This document shows positions 40,493 through 50,492 of a DNA stretch of 64,000 nucleotides, piece by piece. The DNA is from a virus (lineage: Duplodnaviria; Caudoviricetes). Numbering within the stretch: position 1 is the first letter of the stretch; every line of letters starts with the position of its first letter. Location of the stretch: positions 1-64,000 of IMG/VR virus record IMGVR_UViG_3300025735_000003; one strand, 5' to 3'. Position numbers and translations under genes: made by a program. The notes beneath the pieces were generated by a model, which ran no database searches, was not told the origin of the DNA, and saw only the letters and a list, made by a program, of their open reading frames with translations.

Positions 40493-41027
40493 TGAGAAAT
40501 ACCAACCTTGGGTGGTCTACAATAATATATGGAAGACTAAGGCAGCGTGGTTGAGTTGGTTAAGGGGGGGTATAAGACGTGCTCTGTGGAATCGGTCACC
40601 AATTAAGCTTGAGTTTATCAAGAAATATAGACGTAAGATTAAGAACCCTAATCCCAAAGGTAAAGTGAAAGAGGTTTGGGGTGGCATTTGCAATCTCTGT
40701 GGTGATGAATTTCCTAGTAATCAGTTGAACGTTGACCACCGAGAAGGACAGAATGGTTTGAGGGAGCTTTCTGATTTACAATCTTTTATGGAAAGTATTG
40801 TACTTGTGCAGGAAAGTGATTTACAATTCGTTTGTCTGCCATGCCATAAGATCAAGAATTTACAGGAAAGAACAGGAGTAGATTTCGAGACAGCACGAGT
40901 GGAAAAAGCTGTAATTGAAATATGCAAAAATAAGCAAGACAAACAGTGGCTCTTAGATAAAGGCATCACACCACTAGGGAATGCTAAGTTGAGACGCCAA
41001 CAAATCACTGAGGAGATGATGAAATGA
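40485..41027 (+). CDS. HNH endonuclease (conserved replication-module nuclease)
   Basis: CNLC...VDH...LQ.VC..CH..K. Confidence 0.8.
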   Translation: MTDEKYQPWVVYNNIWKTKAAWLSWLRGGIRRALWNRSPIKLEFIKKYRRKIKNPNPKGKVKEVWGGICNLCGDEFPSNQLNVDHREGQNGLRELSDLQSFMESIVLVQESDLQFVCLPCHKIKNLQERTGVDFETARVEKAVIEICKNKQDKQWLLDKGITPLGNAKLRRQQITEEMMK

Positions 41028-41753
41028 GCGAAGTCTATGTAGTAACAAATCCAGAGCTTGGTTGGGATTGTGTTGTAGCTGTCTTCAAATGTGATGATGT
41101 TTCTAAAGAGCATCTCAAAGAAGTATTTCCTGAAGGTGAATATGTAATTCACTATCCACGAGAAGTCCACAAAGATACTGGAGAATTTCAATGACCAATA
41201 AAACAAAGATGAGCAACCTTGAATCTTATCAGGAACTAACTATTCAAATCTCTACGCTTAATCTTAAGCTTGATAAAATTCTAAGTTTGTTGAATAAGCC
41301 CGAGCTTAGTAACCAGCCGCTAGAAATTATGAGTCTTAATGATATAGTTAAGCATAACGAAAAGGTAGCAGAAAATTTGTTCTCAGCCCTTATGAAATCA
41401 GATAATGAAAAGTTTCAGGAGGATTTCAAATGATTAAAGATTATTGGACAGCAATCTTCTGGTGTGAATTTATCCAGTTTAGTGTTTATTTTAATGTGTG
41501 GTGCTCAGTCTTGGGTGTGTAACCGGAGGATCTAGATATGTCAGTTATAGAGATGTTTCCAAAGAAACCAGACACAGACAAATCAGTTGATCACACTATT
41601 TCTAAGTTAGATTTTTGGATCGGGAGGAATCAGATCATATCGAGGGACTTCCATCAATTCAGTGTTTATCAAAAGCAGGAGACGCTGGACACTGTGCTTG
41701 ACATCAATAACAAACTTTATCAGCTTATTTTAGAATTGAAGGGAGAGATTTAA

Positions 41754-42656
41754 TTGAGTGAAGTAGAATGGAAACAACAAGCAATTGAACTAGCTAAGAC
41801 AGGCAAGAGTTGGAGGAAGATTTCCGAGTTGTTGGACAAACCACGCTCAACTGTTTCTGATTACTTGCGTAAAGAGTTCAGCCAAGTTGTTGTAGACAAC
41901 CGTCGTTCTTCAGAAACTTATTCTGTACGAAAGAACGATAAAGTTGAACATGACAACAGTCGAATCTTGTTGATCAGCGATTTGCATATTCCTTATCACC
42001 ACCAAGATGCTATTGATTTCTTGAAGCACTTGAAAGATAAATACAATCCAACACGAGTAATCTGTTTGGGTGATGAGGTGGATGGTCACGCCTTGAGTTT
42101 TCATGATAGTGATCCAGATTTGCCAAGTGCTGGTGATGAAATTCGTCAAGCTTTGCCTGTAATTGCAGAACTGTTCAAGATCTTTCCAAAGATGGATATT
42201 CTTGAAAGTAATCACGGCAGTTTGGTATGGCGTAAGGCTAAAGTATTCGGTATTCCGAAGCACTATATCAAAAGTTACAACGAAGTGTTGGGCGTAGATA
42301 GTGGTTGGAAGTGGAGCTTTGATCTTACTGTAGATTTACCAAATGGTCAGAAATGCTATATGCATCATGGTAAGACAAGTAATATTATCCAACTTAGTCA
42401 ACAGATGGGGATGAATGCAACTCAAGGCCATTACCACGAGACCTTCAAGATTGATTACTGGGGCAATAGTACAGGACTTTATTGGGGTATGCAGTGTGGT
42501 TGTTTGATTGATGATGACAAACTTGCATTCAATTACAACAATGTAAATATTAAACGTCCAATCATAGGGACCGGGCTGATTATTGACTCTATGCCTGTAT
42601 TGGAACCAATGCGGTTAAATTCAGAAGGAAGGTGGGTAGGTGCAAAAGTTAGTTGA
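41754..42656 (+). CDS. Calcineurin-like metallophosphoesterase with N-terminal HTH
   Basis: SWRKISELLDKPRSTVSDYL; SDLHIP, GDEVD, SNHG, HHG, GHYH. Confidence 0.88.
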   Translation: MSEVEWKQQAIELAKTGKSWRKISELLDKPRSTVSDYLRKEFSQVVVDNRRSSETYSVRKNDKVEHDNSRILLISDLHIPYHHQDAIDFLKHLKDKYNPTRVICLGDEVDGHALSFHDSDPDLPSAGDEIRQALPVIAELFKIFPKMDILESNHGSLVWRKAKVFGIPKHYIKSYNEVLGVDSGWKWSFDLTVDLPNGQKCYMHHGKTSNIIQLSQQMGMNATQGHYHETFKIDYWGNSTGLYWGMQCGCLIDDDKLAFNYNNVNIKRPIIGTGLIIDSMPVLEPMRLNSEGRWVGAKVS

Positions 42657-43302
42657 TTTGACAGGGAAAACTTTCGGTCGTTGGGTGGTTATTTCTAGAG
42701 GTTTGGATTATACTTACCCTTCAACCGGTAAAAGCGCACCTCGTTGGAACTGCCTTTGCGAATGTGGTAAAGAAAAGTTGGTGCATGGAGCGCACCTTAA
42801 GAATGGCACAAGTATTAGTTGTGGATGCTACAACATTGAACAAAGCTCAACTCACGGCCTTTCTCATACCCGTGTGTATAATGCTTATTGGCATATGAAA
42901 CGAAGATGCTCTGAAGATGCAGCACCGAAAGATAAAGAGCTTTACTTTGATAAAGGTATTGGTGTATGTGAACGATGGTCCGATGTTGTAGTGTTCATTA
43001 AGGATATGGGAGAATGTCCAGATGGCTACGAACTTGAAAGGATTGATGGCAGTCTAGGGTACAGTCCTGATAATTGCATTTGGGCAAGTGAGTTTACTCA
43101 AGCACAGAATAGGTCAACATTCAAGAATAATACTTCTGGTAAGACGGGTGTTGCTTGGAGTCCACAACACGAGAAATGGCGTGTTGGAATCTCTCATAAT
43201 AAGATCCGTTACGAGGGTGGGTTGTACTCAGACTTTGATGAAGCTGTAAAAGCAAGAGAAGCTTTAGAACTTGAACATCTTGGATATATCAAGGAGAATT
43301 AA
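42640..43302 (+). CDS. HNH homing endonuclease with AP2-like domain (family A)
   Basis: DLTG..FGRW..W.CLCECG; LERIDG..GYSP.NC.WA; NTSG.TGV.W. Confidence 0.88.
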   Translation: MQKLVDLTGKTFGRWVVISRGLDYTYPSTGKSAPRWNCLCECGKEKLVHGAHLKNGTSISCGCYNIEQSSTHGLSHTRVYNAYWHMKRRCSEDAAPKDKELYFDKGIGVCERWSDVVVFIKDMGECPDGYELERIDGSLGYSPDNCIWASEFTQAQNRSTFKNNTSGKTGVAWSPQHEKWRVGISHNKIRYEGGLYSDFDEAVKAREALELEHLGYIKEN

Positions 43303-43351
43303 TTGATCGATTACAAACTCTACAAGACAATTGAAATATTAGAATTAACTG

Positions 43352-43380
43352 TTGACAACCTTAGCCGTGAAGTCCATACT
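43352..43380 (+). promoter_or_regulatory. sigma70 promoter inside a small ORF
   Basis: TTGACA, 17 bp, CATACT. Confidence 0.65.
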
Positions 43381-43441
43381 CTTAAACAACAGCAAGCGGA
43401 TATGCTTGAGCAGATTAAACGATTGAAGGAGGCTGTATCGA

Positions 43442-43951
43442 ATGACGACTGTAAGTGAATTTAAGGTTGGAGATAAAGTAAAAATTAAACAAGAGATGTG
43501 GGAGCAATATGAGGATGCTCTTAGTAGACTTGGATTTCAGTCACCTAATATATTTGAGGGCTACGAAGTCTCCCTAGTATTTGAGAACCAAAAAAGAATT
43601 TCCCTCAAAGGTTGTTCTAATGCATATAACTCTGAGTATTTTGAAGTTTGTGAAGTTGAGTCGACTACAGAAATGGTGTTTAAAAAGAAAGCTAAAGTAA
43701 AATCAGACGGCGGCAGTTCATCCTACTACGAACTTACTATCACCAATAAAGCTGGCGAATCAATCAAGTGTGAAACTGGGGACGTGATCCGTGCATTGGT
43801 TGGTAATGACTTTGACTTTGGAAACTGTGTAAAAGCCCTTCGACGTATGTACTTGGCAACACTCGGTATGGGCAAGGAAGGGACAGACATTCCTTATGAT
43901 TGTAATAAAGTTCGATACTTCCTTAGTGAGATTGAACGGGTGAATAAGTGA
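43442..43951 (+). CDS. Protein with C-terminal DUF3310-like (nucleotide kinase-associated) domain
   Basis: DGGSSSYY...E..DVI......F..GN..KA..R...GK...YD.NK..YF. Confidence 0.5.
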   Translation: MTTVSEFKVGDKVKIKQEMWEQYEDALSRLGFQSPNIFEGYEVSLVFENQKRISLKGCSNAYNSEYFEVCEVESTTEMVFKKKAKVKSDGGSSSYYELTITNKAGESIKCETGDVIRALVGNDFDFGNCVKALRRMYLATLGMGKEGTDIPYDCNKVRYFLSEIERVNK

Positions 43952-44463
43952 CCAGCATTATCGCAGTGGATGTGGACGACTGCATTATTGACATGCGTCC
44001 ACTGTGGATCAACTATTGTCAAGAACGTTTTGGCTATGTTAAATGCCCAATCACTAGTTATAATCTTTGTGATTATTGGGGCGACAAAGCAATGGATTTC
44101 TGGAGTAATGAAAGTCTTTATGATAATCTTACTCCTAATCCACAAGCTGCAAAGACACTTAGTAAATTGAATGATATAGATTATGAGGTTGGATTTTGTT
44201 CATATACTAAGAAAGGCCATTTTTCAAGTAAATGTGATTTTATTAATACATATTTCCCTTACAGGAAGTTCATTCTAAACACTAAAGAAAAGAATTATAC
44301 AAGGTGTGATTGGTTTATTGATGATAGAGCATCTAACCTTGTGATTCAACCAAGTAGTGTAAACACAATCTTGTACAAAACAAATGTTGAGAATGAGGAG
44401 AGAGATGTAGATTTTGTGACAGATTCGTGGGAAGATGTTTACAGTATTATTGTTAATAATTAA
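43948..44463 (+). CDS. HAD 5'(3')-deoxyribonucleotidase
   Basis: IAVDVDD motif I; FIDDR motif. Confidence 0.8.
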   Translation: MTSIIAVDVDDCIIDMRPLWINYCQERFGYVKCPITSYNLCDYWGDKAMDFWSNESLYDNLTPNPQAAKTLSKLNDIDYEVGFCSYTKKGHFSSKCDFINTYFPYRKFILNTKEKNYTRCDWFIDDRASNLVIQPSSVNTILYKTNVENEERDVDFVTDSWEDVYSIIVNN

Positions 44464-44472
44464 GGAGAAGTT

Positions 44473-44958
44473 GTGAAAGATTTGCCAAAGCTTTACAAGA
44501 ACATTGTTGATTGGAACAAGAAGGCTGGGAGCCGCTATGAACCATTCGATACAGTTGAGTGGTGGAGTAAGATGGGGCTTCAATCAAACCTCCTGAAAGA
44601 AGAGTCTGGAGAAGTTGGTGAAGCTGTAGAGTATTGTGATGCAGAGAATCTTCTTGCTGAAGCTTGTGATGTCTTTGTTATCTGGTCTTACCTTGTTAAT
44701 CAACTAGAGAAAGCGGGTTATAATGTACAAGGCGCAATTGAAGAGATTGGGCGAGTAAATAACACAAAGATTTTCAACACTTACACCGATGCTTCTGATA
44801 CACTTGCTTGGTATGAATCTAAAGGTGATGATGGGTATTATATTGAAGAGTCTTACTTGAACAACCTTCCTTACTACACAGTCCGAAATAAGAACGGTAA
44901 GGTAGTTAAACCAAAGGACTTTGTTAAAGTAGATTTGAAGGGGTATGTACCTAAATGA
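44473..44958 (+). CDS. MazG-like/all-alpha NTP pyrophosphohydrolase
   Basis: LLKEESGE...EA.CD; N..K; GKVVKP. Confidence 0.75.
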   Translation: MKDLPKLYKNIVDWNKKAGSRYEPFDTVEWWSKMGLQSNLLKEESGEVGEAVEYCDAENLLAEACDVFVIWSYLVNQLEKAGYNVQGAIEEIGRVNNTKIFNTYTDASDTLAWYESKGDDGYYIEESYLNNLPYYTVRNKNGKVVKPKDFVKVDLKGYVPK

Positions 44959-45123
44959 TTATAGCTACAGTGTCGACAGAACGTGGTAAACTTAAGTGGC
45001 AAGATATTGTGAAGACCAAAGAAGATTATAAGCTTGCATTTAATTCTGGAATGGCTTATGTTTGGTGGGAAGATTTTCCATCTGTAAAAGAGTTTGAAGA
45101 GTATTTGAATAAGGGGAAAGAAG

Positions 45124-45831
45124 TTGTCGCAGATTAAAGTAGAGTTGTTGGATCATATGGGTGATGATCTTCGTGTGGCGAACGTAGCACGAGTGAGCTT
45201 TGGTAAGTGGAAAGAAGAGATTGATGAAAAAGATGTAAAACTTATCAACTACCTTGCAGCACATGAGCACAACAGTCCATTCCGGCATGTACAAATTAGC
45301 GTTCGGTGTAAAGCTCCTTTGTTCCTTGCACGTCAACTTGTAAAGCATTGCGTAGGACTTAGTTGGAACGAAATTAGTCGTCGATATGTGGATACAGACT
45401 TTGAGTTCTATCATCCTGAAGAGTGGCGAGCACGTCCAGAGGGAGGCATTAAACAAGGGAGTGGCACTGAGGTTATTGACCAACTGAATGTTGCTTTTAT
45501 GTGGGACGAAAAAGATGGTGAACAAGAGTGTGTCGGTACACAGTCCATTCATGATGCATATCAAGATCTTGTAAGTTACACAATTGAGTTTTATGACTTA
45601 CTCATTAAAAATGGTGTGGCACCAGAAATGGCTAGGATGTCACTTCCTCAGTCAATGATGGTTGATTGGGTATGGACAGGAAGTCTTGAGGCAATGTACA
45701 ATGTTTATCGGTTGCGCTCAGGGGAAGGCGCTCAAGAAGAAGCTAAAGATTTCTCAGGACAATTGAAACAAGTTATTGAACCAATCTTTCCAAATGCTTG
45801 GAAGGCTCTTGAAAGTAGTAAGGAGAAATAA
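45124..45831 (+). CDS. thyX: FAD-dependent thymidylate synthase
   Basis: N.ARVSF, HNSPFRH, ARQL.KH, SWNEISRRY, PEMARM.LP. Confidence 0.95.
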   Translation: MSQIKVELLDHMGDDLRVANVARVSFGKWKEEIDEKDVKLINYLAAHEHNSPFRHVQISVRCKAPLFLARQLVKHCVGLSWNEISRRYVDTDFEFYHPEEWRARPEGGIKQGSGTEVIDQLNVAFMWDEKDGEQECVGTQSIHDAYQDLVSYTIEFYDLLIKNGVAPEMARMSLPQSMMVDWVWTGSLEAMYNVYRLRSGEGAQEEAKDFSGQLKQVIEPIFPNAWKALESSKEK

Positions 45832-46032
45832 AATGAAATTTAAAGAACAATCAGATTATGCAATTGCAGCTTGGATCAATGATTTGCTGAACATCATTAA
45901 AGTCCGTAGTTTCCTGCTGAATAAAGAAGATAGCTTTCTAGTCTTCATGGAAAACAGTAAAGAGTTCCTAGATTACTACCTTGACAGCTACAGCCCTCGT
46001 GAAGCTTATGATGCATTTGATGGAGAAGAAGT

Positions 46033-46434
46033 ATGAGCAGTAAGAATTTTAATTTCCCGGTAAGTGAATATGATCAATACCTTTCCTTTGTCGATGTTGA
46101 GCAACATCCTGAATGGCAAGAAGCTTGGAAAGCGCAAGATAAAGAAAAAGTAGATGCAATTCTTTATAGCTTTGGGGTTGACCTAGAAAATGGTTACGAA
46201 GTAGAGATTAATACCCACCGAACACGACTTACACAGAAAGTTGAATATGGTCCTCGGTTCTCCTTTAGTGAACGACAAGATAAAGTTTGGAAAGAGTCCG
46301 GTATGAGTATTGAAGACCAGATTCGTAATTGTGGTGATATCTCTTTGCAGAATATGCTCAGTGGAATGAATAAGTTTGGGTTTGGCAAGTGTGATACAGT
46401 TAAGACAGTTGAACAATTGGCCTCAGAGTTTTAA
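46033..46434 (+). CDS. Hypothetical protein
   Basis: 133-aa ORF in operon. Confidence 0.7.
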   Translation: MSSKNFNFPVSEYDQYLSFVDVEQHPEWQEAWKAQDKEKVDAILYSFGVDLENGYEVEINTHRTRLTQKVEYGPRFSFSERQDKVWKESGMSIEDQIRNCGDISLQNMLSGMNKFGFGKCDTVKTVEQLASEF

Positions 46435-46462
46435 TATTTATTTAGTAATTAAGGAGTAAGAC

Positions 46463-48481
46463 TTGAAACACATTGAACTACAACAGACTTCCTACGAAAT
46501 TTGGGAAAAGAAGTATCAGCTTAAAGATGAACATCAACAACCATTTGACCTAAACATTGAAGATACTTACAACCGAGTTGCAACAGCTCTTGCTGAACCT
46601 GAAAAGGATTCGGAGTATTGGAAAGAGAAGTTTGCTTGGGCTTTGCGTAACGGTGCAACTCCTGCTGGTCGTATCATGTCTAACGCTGGGGCAGGAGCTT
46701 ATAAGCCAGCAACTAGTTTGATTAACTGTACAGTAAGTCAGATTGTTGGTGATGGGATGCAAGATATCCTTGATTCTGTAATGCAAGCTGGTATGACGTT
46801 AAAAGCAGGTTGTGGTATTGGTTATGAGTTCTCTACACTTCGCCCTAAAGGTGCATTTGTAAGTGGTGCTGGTGCTCACACTTCTGGTCCACTAACATTT
46901 ATGGATATCTTTGATTCCATGTGCTTTACCATTAGTTCTGCTGGTGGTCGCCGTGGTGCTCAGATGGGAACGTTTGCTGTGTGGCACCCAGACGTTGAGG
47001 ACTTCATTAAAGCTAAACGTGAAGATGGTCGTCTACGTCAGTTCAACTTGTCGCTACTGATTGATGATGAATTCATGGCTGCTGTTAAAGCAGAAGGTAA
47101 ATACAACCTAGTCTTTCCAGTAAAACAATCTGAAGTTGATCGTGATTTGGTTAAAGCTGAAACTGTTTATAAGAAACGCTTTTGGGAGAAAGAATACTGC
47201 CTGAAACAAGATTACATTATCAATGATGAAGATATGATCTTGTGCAAAGTGTACAAACAGATTGAAGCCAAAGAGTTGTGGGATACAATGATGCGTTCCA
47301 CTTATGATTACTCTGAGCCGGGCTTCTTGCTGATTGATCGTATTAACGAGTACAACAACAACTGGTTCTGTGAAGAGATTCGTGCGACGAACCCATGTGG
47401 TGAACAGCCACTACCACCAGAAGGCTCATGCTTGCTTGGTAGTATTAACGTAGCAATGTTTGTTATTGATCCTTTCACTGGTAAAGCTCATTTTAACTGG
47501 GATAAGTACAAAGAAGTAGTTCGTATCTTTACTCGTATGCTTGACAACGTAGTTGAGATTAACGGTCTTCCTCTTGAGGGTCAACGTAAGTCGATTGGAT
47601 ACAAACGTCGTCACGGTATGGGCATTCTTGGTGTTGGTAGTGCGTTGTCTTTGCTTGGTGACACATACGGTTCTGAGAGTTCGATTGCTTTCACTGAAGA
47701 ACTTATGAAAGTTATGGCTGTTGTTGGTAACGAAGTTGGTATTGACCTCGCTGTTGAGAAAGGTCCAGCTCCAATCTTTCATGACACAACGAATGGTGTG
47801 AGCAATAAAGTGTTGTGGTGTGCTGGTAAGTACATGGCTAAGATTTGGGAAGTTGCTCCAGAACTTAAAGAGAAAGCGTTGCAATATGGTTGCCGCTTCA
47901 CTCACCATACATCGATTGCGCCAACTGGCACTATTAGTTTGTCTTTGAACAACAACGCAAGTAATGGTATCGAACCTTCGTTCTCTCACAAGTACACACG
48001 TAACGTGATTGTAGAAGGTAAGAAGTCCAAACAAGCAGTTGATGTTTACAGCTATGAAATGTTGTTCCATAAAGAGATTACTGGTGAAGATGTTGTACCG
48101 GCTACATTCAGTACGGCAGATAACGTAACAACATACGCTCACGTAGATATTCAAGCAGCAGCACAAAAATGGTGTGATAGTAGTATCTCCAAGACTATTA
48201 ACGTTCCATCTGATATTGCTTTTGATGACTTCAAAGACATCTACATCTATGCGTATGACAATGGTTTGAAGGGCTGCACCACCTTCCGCTTTAACCCCGA
48301 AGCCTTCCAAGGCGTATTGGTTAACGAAGAAGACCTTGAAGCTACAACATACATCTTCAAATTGGATGATGGTAGTGAAGTAGTTGCAAAAGGTAATGAC
48401 ACAATTAATTATGCTGGTGAAGAACACTCAGCTGCAAACCTGTATGATGCAATTAAGGAGAACTATTTTGGCAAGTTTTGA
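46463..48481 (+). CDS. nrdJa: Class II (B12-dependent) ribonucleotide reductase, large part
   Basis: TPAGRI, NC, GGRRGAQM, TNPCGEQPL, CLLGS, IAPTGTIS, SNGIEP, DSSISKT, LKGCT. Confidence 0.93.
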   Translation: MKHIELQQTSYEIWEKKYQLKDEHQQPFDLNIEDTYNRVATALAEPEKDSEYWKEKFAWALRNGATPAGRIMSNAGAGAYKPATSLINCTVSQIVGDGMQDILDSVMQAGMTLKAGCGIGYEFSTLRPKGAFVSGAGAHTSGPLTFMDIFDSMCFTISSAGGRRGAQMGTFAVWHPDVEDFIKAKREDGRLRQFNLSLLIDDEFMAAVKAEGKYNLVFPVKQSEVDRDLVKAETVYKKRFWEKEYCLKQDYIINDEDMILCKVYKQIEAKELWDTMMRSTYDYSEPGFLLIDRINEYNNNWFCEEIRATNPCGEQPLPPEGSCLLGSINVAMFVIDPFTGKAHFNWDKYKEVVRIFTRMLDNVVEINGLPLEGQRKSIGYKRRHGMGILGVGSALSLLGDTYGSESSIAFTEELMKVMAVVGNEVGIDLAVEKGPAPIFHDTTNGVSNKVLWCAGKYMAKIWEVAPELKEKALQYGCRFTHHTSIAPTGTISLSLNNNASNGIEPSFSHKYTRNVIVEGKKSKQAVDVYSYEMLFHKEITGEDVVPATFSTADNVTTYAHVDIQAAAQKWCDSSISKTINVPSDIAFDDFKDIYIYAYDNGLKGCTTFRFNPEAFQGVLVNEEDLEATTYIFKLDDGSEVVAKGNDTINYAGEEHSAANLYDAIKENYFGKF

Positions 48482-49070
48482 GATCACCAATAAAATCACT
48501 TCCGTACATCTTGGTGATAAGAAAGAAAAAGCTCTTGAGTTTGATAAAGTAATCATCACTAACGTTCCACTTCCAGATGATGCACAAGCCCGTGTTAAAA
48601 CGCTGAAAGCTGAGGGTAAAAAGTGGTATGTAACCGTCGTTTACCACCCAGAGTCTACATTGCCCTTTGCTATGTTTTGCCTCACTAACAACAAGGAAAA
48701 GACCGCACAAACGAGTGATGCTGTTGAACGTCTACTGGTATTGGCTCGTAAGTCTGGGATTCTTGAGGAGCATGTTGTAAGTCTTGAAGATAAGATGTCA
48801 GCAGATAGCAATGTAAACAAACTCACTCGTGCAATTAGTTTGCTACTTCGTCACCGTGTACCGATCCAGAACATCGTATTTACATTGGATCAAATGGATA
48901 ACATCTTTGTTGGATCGTTCCTCTTTCAAATCAAGAAGTTTCTTTCTTTTTATGTAAAGGATGGTGAAAAGGTTGAAGGTGGTACTTGTGGCGATTGTGG
49001 CAGTACACACCTAGTTTACTCAGAGGGGTGCATGACTTGTGCAGATTGTGGTTCAAGCAAGTGTGGCTAA
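48468..49070 (+). CDS. nrdJb: Class II RNR small/C-terminal subunit
   Basis: AAGGAG + TTG 48468 overlapping the nrdJa end; C-terminal CGDC..C.TC..CG.SKCG. Confidence 0.85.
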   Translation: MASFEITNKITSVHLGDKKEKALEFDKVIITNVPLPDDAQARVKTLKAEGKKWYVTVVYHPESTLPFAMFCLTNNKEKTAQTSDAVERLLVLARKSGILEEHVVSLEDKMSADSNVNKLTRAISLLLRHRVPIQNIVFTLDQMDNIFVGSFLFQIKKFLSFYVKDGEKVEGGTCGDCGSTHLVYSEGCMTCADCGSSKCG

Positions 49071-49085
49071 TTAAGTAACACAAAT

Positions 49086-49109
49086 AGCCCGCCTCGTGCG
49101 GGCTTTCTT
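49086..49109 (+). terminator. Intrinsic terminator after nrdJ
   Basis: AGCCCGC-CTCGT-GCGGGCT-TTCTT. Confidence 0.75.
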
Positions 49110-49122
49110 AGTAGGAGATTTT

Positions 49123-49737
49123 ATGAGTGATAGTTTGGTCTACGGTGTAGGCATAAATGATGCTGATTACACAGTACAAATAAATGAGTTTGTAGGTTTT
49201 GATGCAAGAGGAAAGAAACTGTATAAATTAGCTTGGATGTGTCCCTTTTATAGCGTTTGGCACAATATGATTTCCCGCTGCTACTCCTCATCCTATCAAA
49301 AGCGGCAACCATCTTACGTGGGTTGCAAAGTAGACACAAGGTGGTTGAGATTTAGCACCTTTAAGATCTGGATGATCACGCAACCGTGGGAAGGTAACGC
49401 CCTAGACAAAGATATTCTATTTCCGGGTAACAGGGACTATAGTCCCGATGCTTGTGTTTTTGTAACTCAAAAGGTTAATAGCTTTTTGGCTGAGAGAGGT
49501 AATGACCGTGGTGAATACCCAATTGGGGTAGGCCTTCATAAACAGTCTGGTTTGTTCAGGGCTAGGTGCGGTGACACAGAAGGAGGCAGACAAAATCTGG
49601 GATACTTTCAAACACCTGAAGAGGCTCACCAAGCTTGGTTGTCTTACAAATTAGAACAAGCTAGGATATTAGCATCAAAACAGACAGACATCAGAGTTGC
49701 AGAAGCTCTGGTCAAAAGGTACGAGGATTATAAATAA
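49123..49737 (+). CDS. HNH-type homing endonuclease (family B)
   Basis: VYGVGINDADY, CPFY..W..M..RCYS, LDKDIL; AGGAG RBS before ATG 49123. Confidence 0.82.
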   Translation: MSDSLVYGVGINDADYTVQINEFVGFDARGKKLYKLAWMCPFYSVWHNMISRCYSSSYQKRQPSYVGCKVDTRWLRFSTFKIWMITQPWEGNALDKDILFPGNRDYSPDACVFVTQKVNSFLAERGNDRGEYPIGVGLHKQSGLFRARCGDTEGGRQNLGYFQTPEEAHQAWLSYKLEQARILASKQTDIRVAEALVKRYEDYK

Positions 49738-49929
49738 ATGGACTACATTGAACTAATGGAAAAGGTAGGAACACAATCAAACGTAACTCACTCTTGTCCA
49801 AGCTGTAACCAGCCTGTTCGATGCGACATTATGCTAGGTAAAAACATCTGTTGGTGCTTCAGTGTACAGAGCAAGGGATTGGAGCTGAACGACGTTTGTA
49901 TGTGTAAAAACTGCCTTAACAAAGCTTGA
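49738..49929 (+). CDS. Cysteine-rich CWC-family protein
   Basis: CPSC...C...CWC...CMCKNC. Confidence 0.75.
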   Translation: MDYIELMEKVGTQSNVTHSCPSCNQPVRCDIMLGKNICWCFSVQSKGLELNDVCMCKNCLNKA

Positions 49930-49992
49930 CACAATAAAATAATCTGCTATCCTAGACCGTACTGAGCAGAGATGTTCGTGCGGTCTTTTCTT
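49926..49992 (+). promoter_or_regulatory. Extended -10 promoter overlapping a terminator hairpin
   Basis: TTGACA, 16 bp, TG-c-TATCCT; AGACCGTAC...GTGCGGTCT-TTTCTTTT. Confidence 0.6.
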
Positions 49993-50006
49993 TTGGAGAA
50001 TTTAAA

Positions 50007-50484
50007 TTGAGATTAACACGCAAGCAATTCCTAAGCGACTCCCCGAGAGTTGAAGATATGGAAGATTCTTCTTGGTATCGTGACAACACTTCTGTAGAAT
50101 CTCAAGTACAGATTGGAGACTGCTCACAGAAGGTTTATCTTAACTTTGATGTAAATAGCACAGAAAATCTTAAGAAGAGACTGGACAAGCTTGATGTGTT
50201 GATCAATAATCTACAAGAGCTTAAAGAGAAGCTTCCATTACTTTGGGATGATGCTGTAAAGAATGCTGAAGCTTATAAAGAGACTAATAGGGAGAAAGAA
50301 GATGAAAAGTCCGTTGGTTGACGTTGCTGCTATCTTAATCTGCATCCTTGCAGTAGTGCTGATTGGTCAATATTATATTCACAAGAAAGATAAAGAAATG
50401 AGTTTACAACAGCTTGATAAACGTATAGAATTGAAGGAACAGTCTATCCCTGAGTTTGAGGCTGCCGTAAAACACACTGAATGA
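50007..50484 (+). CDS. Two hypothetical proteins (50007-50321; single-TM 50302-50484)
   Basis: RBS-led ORFs. Confidence 0.7.
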
Positions 50485-50492
50485 GGTATAAA

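Noticed and set aside
47426-48427. 333-aa minus-strand ORF
   Set aside because: Antisense shadow of nrdJa; no RBS or motif; explained by codon bias of the real gene
48384-48467. N-terminal extension of nrdJb in the ORF track
   Set aside because: Overlaps nrdJa deeply; AAGGAG RBS supports TTG at 48468 instead
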